From positions 32,001 to 96,000 of the forward strand of contig JAVJQW010000043.1 of assembly GCA_040218735.1 (NCBI GenBank): a stretch of 64,000 nt of DNA, in the 5' to 3' direction. This stretch comes from Deltaproteobacteria bacterium. Its GTDB lineage: Bacteria > Myxococcota > Kuafuiibacteriia > Kuafuiibacteriales > Kuafuiibacteriaceae. The number at the start of each line of letters is the position of its first letter. Positions within the stretch are counted from its first letter, which is position 1. The notes beneath the pieces were generated by a model that did no database searches, was not told where the DNA came from, and saw only the letters and a program-made list of their open reading frames with translations. The translations under genes were made by a program, and so were the position numbers. Shown piece by piece: positions 9,885-18,522 of the stretch.

Positions 9885-10274
9885 ATGAACACGTCCAAGA
9901 TGCTCATCATGGCGAGCGCGCTCGCGGCCGCCTTCGTCTGGGTCGCGCTACCCGCCGCACTGCTGAGCGCGAACCCGAACGTGTCGTGTCCACCCTGCAC
10001 CTACGACATCTCGCGCCAAGAGCTCACCGGCACCCTCGACCCCGGCTACACCGCGCACCCCTTCCCCTTCACCGGCATGACGCTCACGCTCGTGGACGGC
10101 TCCGACAACGTGCTCGACACGATCGCGGACCTCCCGCCGAGCTTTCAGTACGGTAGCACCGTGCTCGATCAGGTCATCGACACCGACGTCACCTCCGGCG
10201 TCGCCAAGGCTCAGCTCGAGTGGATGGACGACGACAACAACCCGGTCTCCCAGACGATCACCGTCGTCCCCTGA
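9885..10274 (+). CDS. Small secreted protein with CPPC domain (paralog of upstream gene)
   Basis: Signal peptide; CPPCTYDISRQELTGTLDPGY..PFPFT aligns with CPPCTLYISDTQLQGVLDPKY..EYPFT; both share QYG and a W..D motif. Confidence 0.78.
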   Translation: MNTSKMLIMASALAAAFVWVALPAALLSANPNVSCPPCTYDISRQELTGTLDPGYTAHPFPFTGMTLTLVDGSDNVLDTIADLPPSFQYGSTVLDQVIDTDVTSGVAKAQLEWMDDDNNPVSQTITVVP

Positions 10275-10287
10275 GATCCAGGCCCCC

Positions 10288-12093
10288 TCAGAACGCCGCG
10301 TCGATGCGGGCGTCCAGCACGTCCAGCGGCACGCTAGCGCCCGTGAGGACCACGTTGTGGAAGCGCTTCAGGTCGAAGGCGCTCCCCGCGCGGGCCTCGG
10401 CGCGTGCGCGGGCTGCGAGGATGCGGTTCATGCCCGTCGCGTACGCCGTCGCTTGGCCGGGCCAGCTGATGTAACGCGCCGTCTGGCCGTCGGCGGCGCC
10501 CTGCGGGAAGCCGACGTTCGTCTGCATGAACGTGCTCGCCCGCGCGAAGTCCCAACCCATCACGTGCAGCCCCGTGTCCATCACCAACCGCGCCGCGCGG
10601 AACGCCTCGTACTGGAGCCGGCCCAAGTCACCGTAGGCGTCCCCCGCGTACCAACCCAGATCCGCCGCCAAGCGCTCCGCGTAGAGCGCCCAACCCTCCG
10701 TGTACGCCGTGTGCCGAGTGATTCGTCGGAAGAACGGGAGATCCAGGTCTTGCATGATCCCAATCTGCAAGTGATGCCCCGGCAGCGCCTCGTGATACGC
10801 CAGCGTCTTCATCCCGAAGCGCGCCTCCCCGGACCCACCCACCGTAGCGTAGAACGCACCCGGGCGCGCCCCATCCAACGACGGCCCGATGTAGAACCCA
10901 CCGCTCGGCGCGCCGATCACCACCACGTCCGTCGAAGGCAACACATCGAACGCCTCCGCCAATCGCCCCTCCGCGTCCTCGATGATCCGCGTGTACTCAT
11001 CCAGAATCTCATCACCCGGAACCACCCCGCCGTCCGTCACCAGCTGCCCGTACAGCTCCTGCAACGGCGCATCGCGCCGGTAACCCAACCCCTCGAACGC
11101 ATCCCGCATCTGCACGTGAATCCGCTCCAGGTCCGCCAACCCCTGCGCGTGGATCTGCTCCGCCGTGCTCGAAGTCGTCGTGTGGTGCCGCAACGCCGCC
11201 GCGTAGTACGCCGCCCCGTTCGGCAACGCCCCGACGCCGACCTCCGCCGGCGCCATGCGCGCCACGCGCGCCAGCGCCGCATCGAGCCGCTCGTACGCCG
11301 GAATCACGTCCGTCTCGATCGCAAACTGCGCCGAGACCAGCAGCTCCGCGCGCACCGACGACGCCACGTCGATGCCCCCGATCTTCCGCGACAACGCCGC
11401 ATAATACGGCGTACTCAAATAACCCTGTAACCCCGCGTTCTGCACGCGGCCACGAATCCAACCCACCATCACGGCCGGCGGCGCGTATCCACGTGAAGCA
11501 CGCTCCTCCACCACCGCCGCGACCTGATCGAGCTTGTCATCCACCCGCCACAACCGAGCGATGTAAGCCTCTGCATCCGCCATCGTCTCGAGCGGATGAA
11601 TCTCCGTGAAGAACAGCTCCGTCTGCGCCGGCTCACCCGCGATGATCGGCGACATCAGATACGCGTGATCGCGCCACGCGTACGCCGAGAGCTGATCCTC
11701 CAGATACCAAAGGTAGACGTCGTAAGTGAGCTGCTGCTCCGCCGTCAGCGCGCCGCGGTCCACCGCCATCACCGCGTCGCGAATCACCTCCACCACCGCG
11801 TTGGTCTCGCCCGCGAACGCGTCCGAACGATCGTCCAACCGCACCGCGTCCTGCGGATACTTCGACTCCAACTGCAACTCGAACAAAGACTCCGGGCTCC
11901 GCCGCAACAAGTGCTCGAACGACAGCTCCACCAGCGCGTCGAACGCCAACCCCGACAGCGACGACGAAACCTCCGCCGCCGACGGCAACACGTGCGCCGG
12001 CGGCTCCGCGGGCCGCTCACGCGCAGGCCCGTCCGTCTTGTTGTCCCCGCTACACGCCGCGAGCAGCCCGAGGAACCAAAGAGCGCGCTTCAT
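10288..12093 (-). CDS. DUF885 family lipoprotein
   Basis: Start MKRALWFLGLLAAC (lipobox); HEALPGHHLQ, EGWALYAE, RLVMDTGLH, PGQATAY, FDLKRFH. Confidence 0.9.
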   Translation of the reverse strand: MKRALWFLGLLAACSGDNKTDGPARERPAEPPAHVLPSAAEVSSSLSGLAFDALVELSFEHLLRRSPESLFELQLESKYPQDAVRLDDRSDAFAGETNAVVEVIRDAVMAVDRGALTAEQQLTYDVYLWYLEDQLSAYAWRDHAYLMSPIIAGEPAQTELFFTEIHPLETMADAEAYIARLWRVDDKLDQVAAVVEERASRGYAPPAVMVGWIRGRVQNAGLQGYLSTPYYAALSRKIGGIDVASSVRAELLVSAQFAIETDVIPAYERLDAALARVARMAPAEVGVGALPNGAAYYAAALRHHTTTSSTAEQIHAQGLADLERIHVQMRDAFEGLGYRRDAPLQELYGQLVTDGGVVPGDEILDEYTRIIEDAEGRLAEAFDVLPSTDVVVIGAPSGGFYIGPSLDGARPGAFYATVGGSGEARFGMKTLAYHEALPGHHLQIGIMQDLDLPFFRRITRHTAYTEGWALYAERLAADLGWYAGDAYGDLGRLQYEAFRAARLVMDTGLHVMGWDFARASTFMQTNVGFPQGAADGQTARYISWPGQATAYATGMNRILAARARAEARAGSAFDLKRFHNVVLTGASVPLDVLDARIDAAF

Positions 12094-13265
12094 CCTGCGG
12101 ATGGTAACAAACGCACGAAGGCCGCGACGAAGAACCCGTCCGTGTCGTGCTCGTCCGGCCGCAGCGTCTCGCGCGGCGACGCACCCGGCCACACCGGCAC
12201 CGCTTCCACATCCGCCGACGCCTCGAACGCCGAAGCAACCTCCGCGTTCTCGGCCGACAGCAACGAACACGTCGCGTACACGATGCGCCCGCCCGGGCGA
12301 ACCAGCGAAAACGCCCGCCGCAGTAAATCCAGCTGCAGCGACGCCAACGACGCCACCTCCGCCGCCGACACCCGCCACTTCCGGTCCGGCCCGCGCCGCC
12401 ACGTCCCGGTCGCGGAACACGGCGCATCCACCAACACCCGATCCGCTCCACTCGACGGAGCCGACCCAGTCAGATCCACCACCCGCACCGACGGCGAATC
12501 GACACGCCCCAACCGAACCTCCAGATCGCGAAGCCGCGCGCCATCGACGTCACACGCCCACAGCGTCCCGGTGTCCTCCATCGCCGCCGCGAGCGCCAAA
12601 GTCTTACCGCCGGCGCCCGCGCACAGATCGATCACCGCCTCACCGGGCCGCGCGTCCACCGCCACCGCGACCATCTGGCTCGCCTCGTCCTGAACCTCGA
12701 ACGCCCCGTCGCGCCACGCCGCAGACCCGCGAATGTCCGGCCGCCCCGACAACCGCAGCGCACACGGCGCGAGCTGCCTCGGCGCGACGTCCATTCCCTC
12801 CGCGCGCAACCGCAAAGCCAACGTGTCCCGATCTCCGCGCGCACGAATCGCGATCGGCCCCGGCGTGTTCATCACCTCCGCGACCGCGAACGCCGAGTCA
12901 CCGAACTGCTGATACCAGTCCGCCGCGACGAAGTCCGGCAGCGAACCCCACACGCGAAGCCGCTCGACGACACCGGCGGGCCAATCTCCCCGTGCGACCG
13001 GGCCCGAACTCGGGCTCGGCGGCGGCAGCAAGTCATCTCGCCGATCGTACAACTCATGCCAACTCAGCTCCGGAAAGCGCGCCGCCAGATATTCCAACCG
13101 CACGCGATGACAACGCACCCCGTGCACCAGCTCCGCCACGCGCCGGCGTCCGTCGTTGTCCAGCTCCGGATGCGCGCGGAGCGTTCGCTTCAATACACGG
13201 TCCGCCGGCGCCCCCGCCTCCACGCGTTCGAGTGCGGAGGCCGCGATTACCTCCGCCAGCGCCAT
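12090..13265 (-). CDS. RsmB/NOP family SAM-dependent RNA methyltransferase
   Basis: EVQDEASQ, DLCAGAGGKT, LVDAPCSATG, YATCS, TDGFF. Confidence 0.92.
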   Translation of the reverse strand: MALAEVIAASALERVEAGAPADRVLKRTLRAHPELDNDGRRRVAELVHGVRCHRVRLEYLAARFPELSWHELYDRRDDLLPPPSPSSGPVARGDWPAGVVERLRVWGSLPDFVAADWYQQFGDSAFAVAEVMNTPGPIAIRARGDRDTLALRLRAEGMDVAPRQLAPCALRLSGRPDIRGSAAWRDGAFEVQDEASQMVAVAVDARPGEAVIDLCAGAGGKTLALAAAMEDTGTLWACDVDGARLRDLEVRLGRVDSPSVRVVDLTGSAPSSGADRVLVDAPCSATGTWRRGPDRKWRVSAAEVASLASLQLDLLRRAFSLVRPGGRIVYATCSLLSAENAEVASAFEASADVEAVPVWPGASPRETLRPDEHDTDGFFVAAFVRLLPSAG

Positions 13266-14593
13266 GCTCGACCGTGGACGCCGCGCGCCATGCGCAGCCC
13301 GAGGTTCACCATCAGGTCACCACCGTACGGTCCGAAGAACGCCATCACGTGGCTCTCGTAGTGGTGCATGTCGGCGGCGAGCTCGTCCGGCAGATCGTAG
13401 ACGCGCCGCGGGACGATGTACCCGACGTACGTCCCGTTGAAGCTCGTCACCGCCAGCTGAACGCCGTGTCGACGCGCGTCGCGCCGCATCGCCGCCGTGA
13501 GCTCCCCGCTCATCTCCGCCGGCATGAACGCCCAGACGGTGTGGTCGATCATGATCGATCCGAACGTCAGCACCGGCATGTCGACCAGCGCGGAGATCGG
13601 CGCGCCCCACACCATCACGTCGCGCGTCACGCGGTAACGAAACCGCGGCGTCGGCGCGTACGCCCTTGCGCTCGCCACCACCCCCGACGTCCGCGAACGC
13701 GCCGCCGCAATCCGCAGCGCCCGCCGCACCGCCGACACGAGTGGGTTCACGATCCAAGCGTGGGTCTTGCGCTCGTGTTTCGGGTTCGAGCTCCCCACCC
13801 CTCCGGCCGCGAAACCCAACAGATCGACATCGACCTTCGCCGCGACGTCCGCCGGATAGTCCCCCGAGAGCAACAAGTTCGAAGCGGGCCGCGTCACGGC
13901 GTGACAGCCATAAACCCACAGCGCGGCGACGCGCCCGTCCCGCACGCGCTCGAAGCGCAGCAGGAACAGCTCGTCGTCCACCGGCCCGTTCGTCTCGACG
14001 CGGTTTGCGATCAAAGAAGGCACTCGAACCGACGCGCTCCCGATGCGCGCCGGTTCCACCGCGGCCCACGCCTCCTTCGCCGCCCGCACGTGGGCGTCGA
14101 CCACCGTCTCGAACGCCGCATCCACGAACCCGCCGAACGCGATCTCCCAGAGCACACCCGGCACGAACCCACCCGGCCCGGAGTGCGTATGGGTCGCCGT
14201 GAAGAAGATCCGATCCGGCGGAACGTCCGACAGTCGCGAGGTCACCGCCGCGACCACCGCCGGATCCACCAAGAGCAAGTCCGCGGAGAACACGAGCACC
14301 CGGTGTTCACCGGCGCCGAACACAAACGCGCGCACGGCGACTTCGTCCGCGGTCCCCTCGTGCGGGGCGCCTTCGCGGTCGCCGTACCCGGCGAGCGGGG
14401 CTCCGGAGGGCACACGAATCGGCGCGCGCGCCCAGCCCGCGACGAACGTCCCTTCGCCGACCTCGGTGCCCCGCACCGCGCGCCCAATCGCGTCGACCGA
14501 GGCCACGAACGCGGGCTCGTCGAAGGGCTTCTTGCGATCCAACGGGGCGCACGCTGCGACGGCGATCAGACAGACGAGGATGGTGGTCCGCAT
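13247..14593 (-). CDS. Neutral/alkaline ceramidase N-terminal-domain lipoprotein
   Basis: Lipobox VAAC; PLAGYG, ATHTHSGPG, GCHA, SGDYP, NGTYVGY. Confidence 0.75.
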   Translation of the reverse strand: MRTTILVCLIAVAACAPLDRKKPFDEPAFVASVDAIGRAVRGTEVGEGTFVAGWARAPIRVPSGAPLAGYGDREGAPHEGTADEVAVRAFVFGAGEHRVLVFSADLLLVDPAVVAAVTSRLSDVPPDRIFFTATHTHSGPGGFVPGVLWEIAFGGFVDAAFETVVDAHVRAAKEAWAAVEPARIGSASVRVPSLIANRVETNGPVDDELFLLRFERVRDGRVAALWVYGCHAVTRPASNLLLSGDYPADVAAKVDVDLLGFAAGGVGSSNPKHERKTHAWIVNPLVSAVRRALRIAAARSRTSGVVASARAYAPTPRFRYRVTRDVMVWGAPISALVDMPVLTFGSIMIDHTVWAFMPAEMSGELTAAMRRDARRHGVQLAVTSFNGTYVGYIVPRRVYDLPDELAADMHHYESHVMAFFGPYGGDLMVNLGLRMARGVHGRAWRWRR

Positions 14594-14658
14594 CGGGGCG
14601 CGCCGACGATACCTCGAAAAAGAGGGCACGAACGGCCCCGGATCGGTATTCTTCGGCC

Positions 14659-15168
14659 ATGCGTAGTCTGAAGTGGATCGCCGCCGCGTCCCTCCTGTTC
14701 GCGTGTGCGGCGCCGTCGGAGCAGGTGAAGGTCGACGACTCGAAGGCGAAGAAACAGGACTACGTGAGCGAGGCCGACGGCCCGACGCCCGAACAGCAAG
14801 CCCACCTGAAGTTCGGCGGCGAGCGCGGCGACCAGCTGTCGTTCCCCGTCTTCCCGGCGGGCGAGGTGCGGTTCTTCGAGGCGGTGGAGGAGCGCGAGCG
14901 CGACGTCGAAGTCGGCGGCGCGAAGAAGCGCACGCCCGAGTTCTGCGAGATCGACCGCGACTGCAGCCGCGACGGTGACCGTTGCCTGAAGCCGGCCGGC
15001 TCACCCGGGACCCGCGGCGTCTGCGGAAAGACGAAGTCCAGCGCGGGGGGGACGGACAAGGCCTCGGGCTACGTCCAGAGCTGCAAGGAGACGTGGGAGT
15101 GCCCGGATCGGTACGACTGCGTGCTCGTGAATGGCCCGTTCGGCGTGTGCGTTCGCCTGTCGTCTTGA
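14659..15168 (+). CDS. Cys-rich lipoprotein of unknown function
   Basis: Lipobox LFAC; two C-terminal C..D.DC/C...EC modules. Confidence 0.7.
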   Translation: MRSLKWIAAASLLFACAAPSEQVKVDDSKAKKQDYVSEADGPTPEQQAHLKFGGERGDQLSFPVFPAGEVRFFEAVEERERDVEVGGAKKRTPEFCEIDRDCSRDGDRCLKPAGSPGTRGVCGKTKSSAGGTDKASGYVQSCKETWECPDRYDCVLVNGPFGVCVRLSS

Positions 15169-15198
15169 CCCCCGTCGGGGCCCTCGCAAGGATGCCCC

Positions 15199-16446
15199 GT
15201 GCTCGCGATTCTCGGCGGCGAAAAGGTTCGTACGGCCCCGTGGCCGACGTGGCCGGAGCGGGGTGAGCCCGAGGAGCGCGCGGTCCTCGAGGTCCTCCGT
15301 CGCGGTCAGTGGGGCGGCTACCCGGCGCCCGGCGTGGCCGCCAAGAAGTTCGGCGCCGCCTTCGCCGAGTACATCGGCGCGAAGCACACCGTGCTCGCAG
15401 CGAACGGGACCGTCACGCTCAAGATCGCGCTGCGCGCGCTCGGGGTGGGCGCGGGCGACGAGGTCATCGTCCCGGCCCTGACGTGGGTCGCGACGGCGGG
15501 CGCGGCCGCGTACGTGAACGCGGTGCCGGTGTTCGTGGATGTCGACGAGGCTTCGCTGTGCATCGACCCTGCGGCGATCGAGGCCGCCATCACCGACAAG
15601 ACCCGGGCGATCATTCCGGTGCACCTCGGCTCCGCGATGGCGGACATGGATGCGATCATGGACATCGCGAAGCGGCACGAGCTCGCGGTCATCGAGGACT
15701 GCGCGCACGCCCACGGCGCGAAGTGGAACGGGCGCGGCGCCGGGAGCATCGGTGACGTCGGGAGCTTCTCGTTTCAGTCGTCGAAGCTGCTCACCGCGGG
15801 AGAGGGGGGTGCGATCACCACCTCGAACGACGAGCTCGCCCAGCGCTGTCAGGCGCTCGTGAACTGCGGGCGCAAGGAGCCGGGCTACGATGGGTTCGAG
15901 GGTGCGGTCTTCGGCTGGAACGATCGCATCACGGAGCTGCAAGCCAGCTTGCTCTCCGCGCAACTCACCCGTTTGGACGGACAACACGAGCGCCGCAAGA
16001 AGAACGTCGCTCGCCTCGTCGCCGCGCTCGAGTCACGACCCGAGCTCGGACTCACCGTCCAGCGGCGGGACGAACGTATCACGCGCAAGACCGCGTATGA
16101 GTTGGTGTTGCTCTACGACAGCGAGGCGTACGGCGGCGTTCCGCGCGATAAGTTCGTGGAGGCGCTCACGGCGGAAGGTGTGCCCGCGGACGGTGACTTC
16201 TACGTCCCCATCCAGGACCGCATCGAAGAGATCTTCCCCCTGCGGGCATCGGAGTACCCGACCATTGCGCCGCGCTACGGCGCCGAGCTGAAGCCGGAGC
16301 ACGCGCCGTGTCCGGTGGCGACCCGCGCCGCGTACGAGCGCACCGTGTGGCTGCATCATTCACTGTTCCTCGGCGACCCGTCGGACGTCGACGACATCAT
16401 CGAGGCCATCGGCAAGATCCACGGAGCGGCGGATGCCCTCTCGTGA
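15199..16446 (+). CDS. DegT/DnrJ/EryC1/StrS PLP aminotransferase (RifK/BtrR-like subgroup)
   Basis: ANGT, EDCAHAHG, SFSFQSSKLLTAGEGG; N-terminal LAILGG..WPTWP. Confidence 0.92.
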   Translation: MLAILGGEKVRTAPWPTWPERGEPEERAVLEVLRRGQWGGYPAPGVAAKKFGAAFAEYIGAKHTVLAANGTVTLKIALRALGVGAGDEVIVPALTWVATAGAAAYVNAVPVFVDVDEASLCIDPAAIEAAITDKTRAIIPVHLGSAMADMDAIMDIAKRHELAVIEDCAHAHGAKWNGRGAGSIGDVGSFSFQSSKLLTAGEGGAITTSNDELAQRCQALVNCGRKEPGYDGFEGAVFGWNDRITELQASLLSAQLTRLDGQHERRKKNVARLVAALESRPELGLTVQRRDERITRKTAYELVLLYDSEAYGGVPRDKFVEALTAEGVPADGDFYVPIQDRIEEIFPLRASEYPTIAPRYGAELKPEHAPCPVATRAAYERTVWLHHSLFLGDPSDVDDIIEAIGKIHGAADALS

Positions 16447-17518
16447 CCCGGTTCGCTTCGGACTGATTGGGTCCGGATGGATCACCGAGCAGCACCTCGC
16501 GGCGTTCGCGCGAATCGACGAGGCCGAGGTCGTGGCGATCGCGGACGTACCGCGCGAGCGCGATCGACCGGGGCGCGGGGAGGCGCTCGCCGAGAAGAAC
16601 GGCGTCGACTACTTCGCCGACTACCGGCGGATGCTCGAGCACGAGGCGGTCGAGGCCGTGACCGTCGCGCTCCCGAACTCACTGCACGCGTCCGTCACGA
16701 TGGAGGCGCTCGCGGCGGACAAACACGTCGTGGTCGAGAAGCCGCTGTGTTTCACGTTGGAGGAGGCGGACGCCATCCTCGCCGCCGCGGCGGCGAAGGA
16801 CCTCGTCGTCGGGTACGCCGAGGAGCTCTGCTATTGCCCGAAGCTCGTCCGCGCGAAGGCGCTCGTACAGAGCGGAGCGATCGGCCGGATGTTCTGGCTC
16901 GACCAGCGCGAGATCCACGGCGGGCCCTACAGCGACTGGTTCTTCACGCCGGAGCTCGCGGGGGGCGGGGCGTTGATGGACATGGGCTGTCACGCGATCG
17001 CCTACGCGCTGTGGATGTTCGACAACGCTGAAGTGAAGAGCGTGACCGCGCACGTGGATCGACTGCGCCATCGCGCGCCGCTCGACGATCACGTGGAGCT
17101 CCGCATCGAGTTCGAAGGTGACCGCTTCGCCCGGCTCCTCGCAGGGTGGACGCTCCCCGGCGGAATGAGCTCCGCGGCGCGGCTCGTGGGTACGGAGGGC
17201 GTCGTGGATGTGGACCTCCTGGAGTCGAATGGGTTGTCGATGTTCTCGGAGCACGGCGCTCAGGATCACCCGGCGGGGTGGTCGCGGCCGGACTTCGAGT
17301 GGCTGTGGCAGAACGGCTACCCGCAGGAGATGGCGGACTTCGCGCGGGCGATACGCGACGGGACGAAGCCGCTGATGAGCGCCGAGGACGGTCGTCGGTC
17401 ACTCGAGATCATGTGGGCTGCGTACGTGTCGGCGGCCGAGCGGCGCACGGTGACGTTCCCGTTCACGCCGCCCGCCAACGCGCCATATCCCGCGGCGCCG
17501 TGGTTGGAGTCGCGATGA
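16433..17518 (+). CDS. Gfo/Idh/MocA family oxidoreductase
   Basis: GLIGSGWI, HVVVEKP, GGGALMDMGCH. Confidence 0.92.
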   Translation: MPSRDPVRFGLIGSGWITEQHLAAFARIDEAEVVAIADVPRERDRPGRGEALAEKNGVDYFADYRRMLEHEAVEAVTVALPNSLHASVTMEALAADKHVVVEKPLCFTLEEADAILAAAAAKDLVVGYAEELCYCPKLVRAKALVQSGAIGRMFWLDQREIHGGPYSDWFFTPELAGGGALMDMGCHAIAYALWMFDNAEVKSVTAHVDRLRHRAPLDDHVELRIEFEGDRFARLLAGWTLPGGMSSAARLVGTEGVVDVDLLESNGLSMFSEHGAQDHPAGWSRPDFEWLWQNGYPQEMADFARAIRDGTKPLMSAEDGRRSLEIMWAAYVSAAERRTVTFPFTPPANAPYPAAPWLESR

Positions 17519-18522
17519 AGCGTCACTTCCTCGGCGTCGACGGCGGAGGCACCAAGACGGTCGCCGTCATCTGCGACGAACGCGGTCACGTCGTGGGCGC
17601 GGGTCGTGCGGGCGGATGTAACTACCAGTCGATCGGAGAGCGCGCGGCGTCGAGTGAGTTGCGCGCCGCGGTCGAGTCCGCGCTCGGATCGGCGGGGTTG
17701 AAGATCGACGACATCGATTCGGCCGCGCTCGGCGTGGCCGGGGCGGACCGCGAAGAAGAGATGGCGATCGTCGAGAAGATGGTCGGCGGCGTCGTCCCGG
17801 TCGAGCGGGTGTTCGTGGAGAACGACGCGTTGCTCGTGCTGCGCGCGGCGACGCGCGACGCCGTTGGGGTGGGGCTCGTCGCGGGCACGGGAACCAACTG
17901 CGTCGGGCGTGATCGCTACGGGCGGCGTCATCAGATCGGCGGGATGGGTTACGTCTCCGGGGATGTCGGCTTCGCGGAGGACCTCGCGATGCGCGCGGTC
18001 GGTGGAGCGTGGATGGCGACCGACGGGCGAACGGGGCCTTCGACGTTGTCCTCCGCGATCGTCGAGACCCTCGGGCTGTCGCGCATCGAGGACACCCATC
18101 AGAAGCTCGTGCGCGGCGTCTTCCCGGAGTCACTGGTGCGGAAGATCGTGGCTTGTCTGTTCGCGCAGGCGCGCGCGAAGGACGGGCTCGCGCTGCGGAT
18201 CATCGAGGACACCGGGCGGCGCCTCGGCGCCGCTGCGGCAGCGTTGATGCGTACGCTCGTGCTGCGGGGCCCGAACGCCGTGGTCGTGCTCGGCGGCGCG
18301 ATGTTCCAGACGCCCGGGCACGAGGCGCTCGTCGAGGCCGCGGAGCGGCGCATCCGGGACACGGTCAACGAGGCGCACGTCGTGCTGCTCACGGTGAAGC
18401 CGGTGGTGGGTGCAGTGTTGTTCGCGCGGGACCTCGTGAACCACGCGCCGCTCGACTTTGCCACGACGCTCCGGAGTGAGGACGAGCGGATCGAAGCGTT
18501 GTGCCAAGGGGTGAGCGCGTGA
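17515..18522 (+). CDS. BadF/BadG/BcrA/BcrD family sugar kinase (GlcNAc kinase-like)
   Basis: Start MKRHFLGVDGGGTKT overlaps upstream stop (ATGA); ENDA, AGTGT, GGMG. Confidence 0.85.
   Translation: MKRHFLGVDGGGTKTVAVICDERGHVVGAGRAGGCNYQSIGERAASSELRAAVESALGSAGLKIDDIDSAALGVAGADREEEMAIVEKMVGGVVPVERVFVENDALLVLRAATRDAVGVGLVAGTGTNCVGRDRYGRRHQIGGMGYVSGDVGFAEDLAMRAVGGAWMATDGRTGPSTLSSAIVETLGLSRIEDTHQKLVRGVFPESLVRKIVACLFAQARAKDGLALRIIEDTGRRLGAAAAALMRTLVLRGPNAVVVLGGAMFQTPGHEALVEAAERRIRDTVNEAHVVLLTVKPVVGAVLFARDLVNHAPLDFATTLRSEDERIEALCQGVSA

Noticed and set aside
10500-13250. Strong C/A skew on the plus strand (and G/T skew at 5199-6518)
   Set aside because: Explained by G/T-rich codon preference on the coding strand of ordinary genes
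11726-14671. 981-aa plus-strand ORF and other long shadow ORFs (e.g. 48634-51297 minus, 33380-35554 minus, 46346-48394 plus)
   Set aside because: Arg/Pro-rich antisense or off-frame translations of well-supported genes; expected in high-GC DNA with few stop codons
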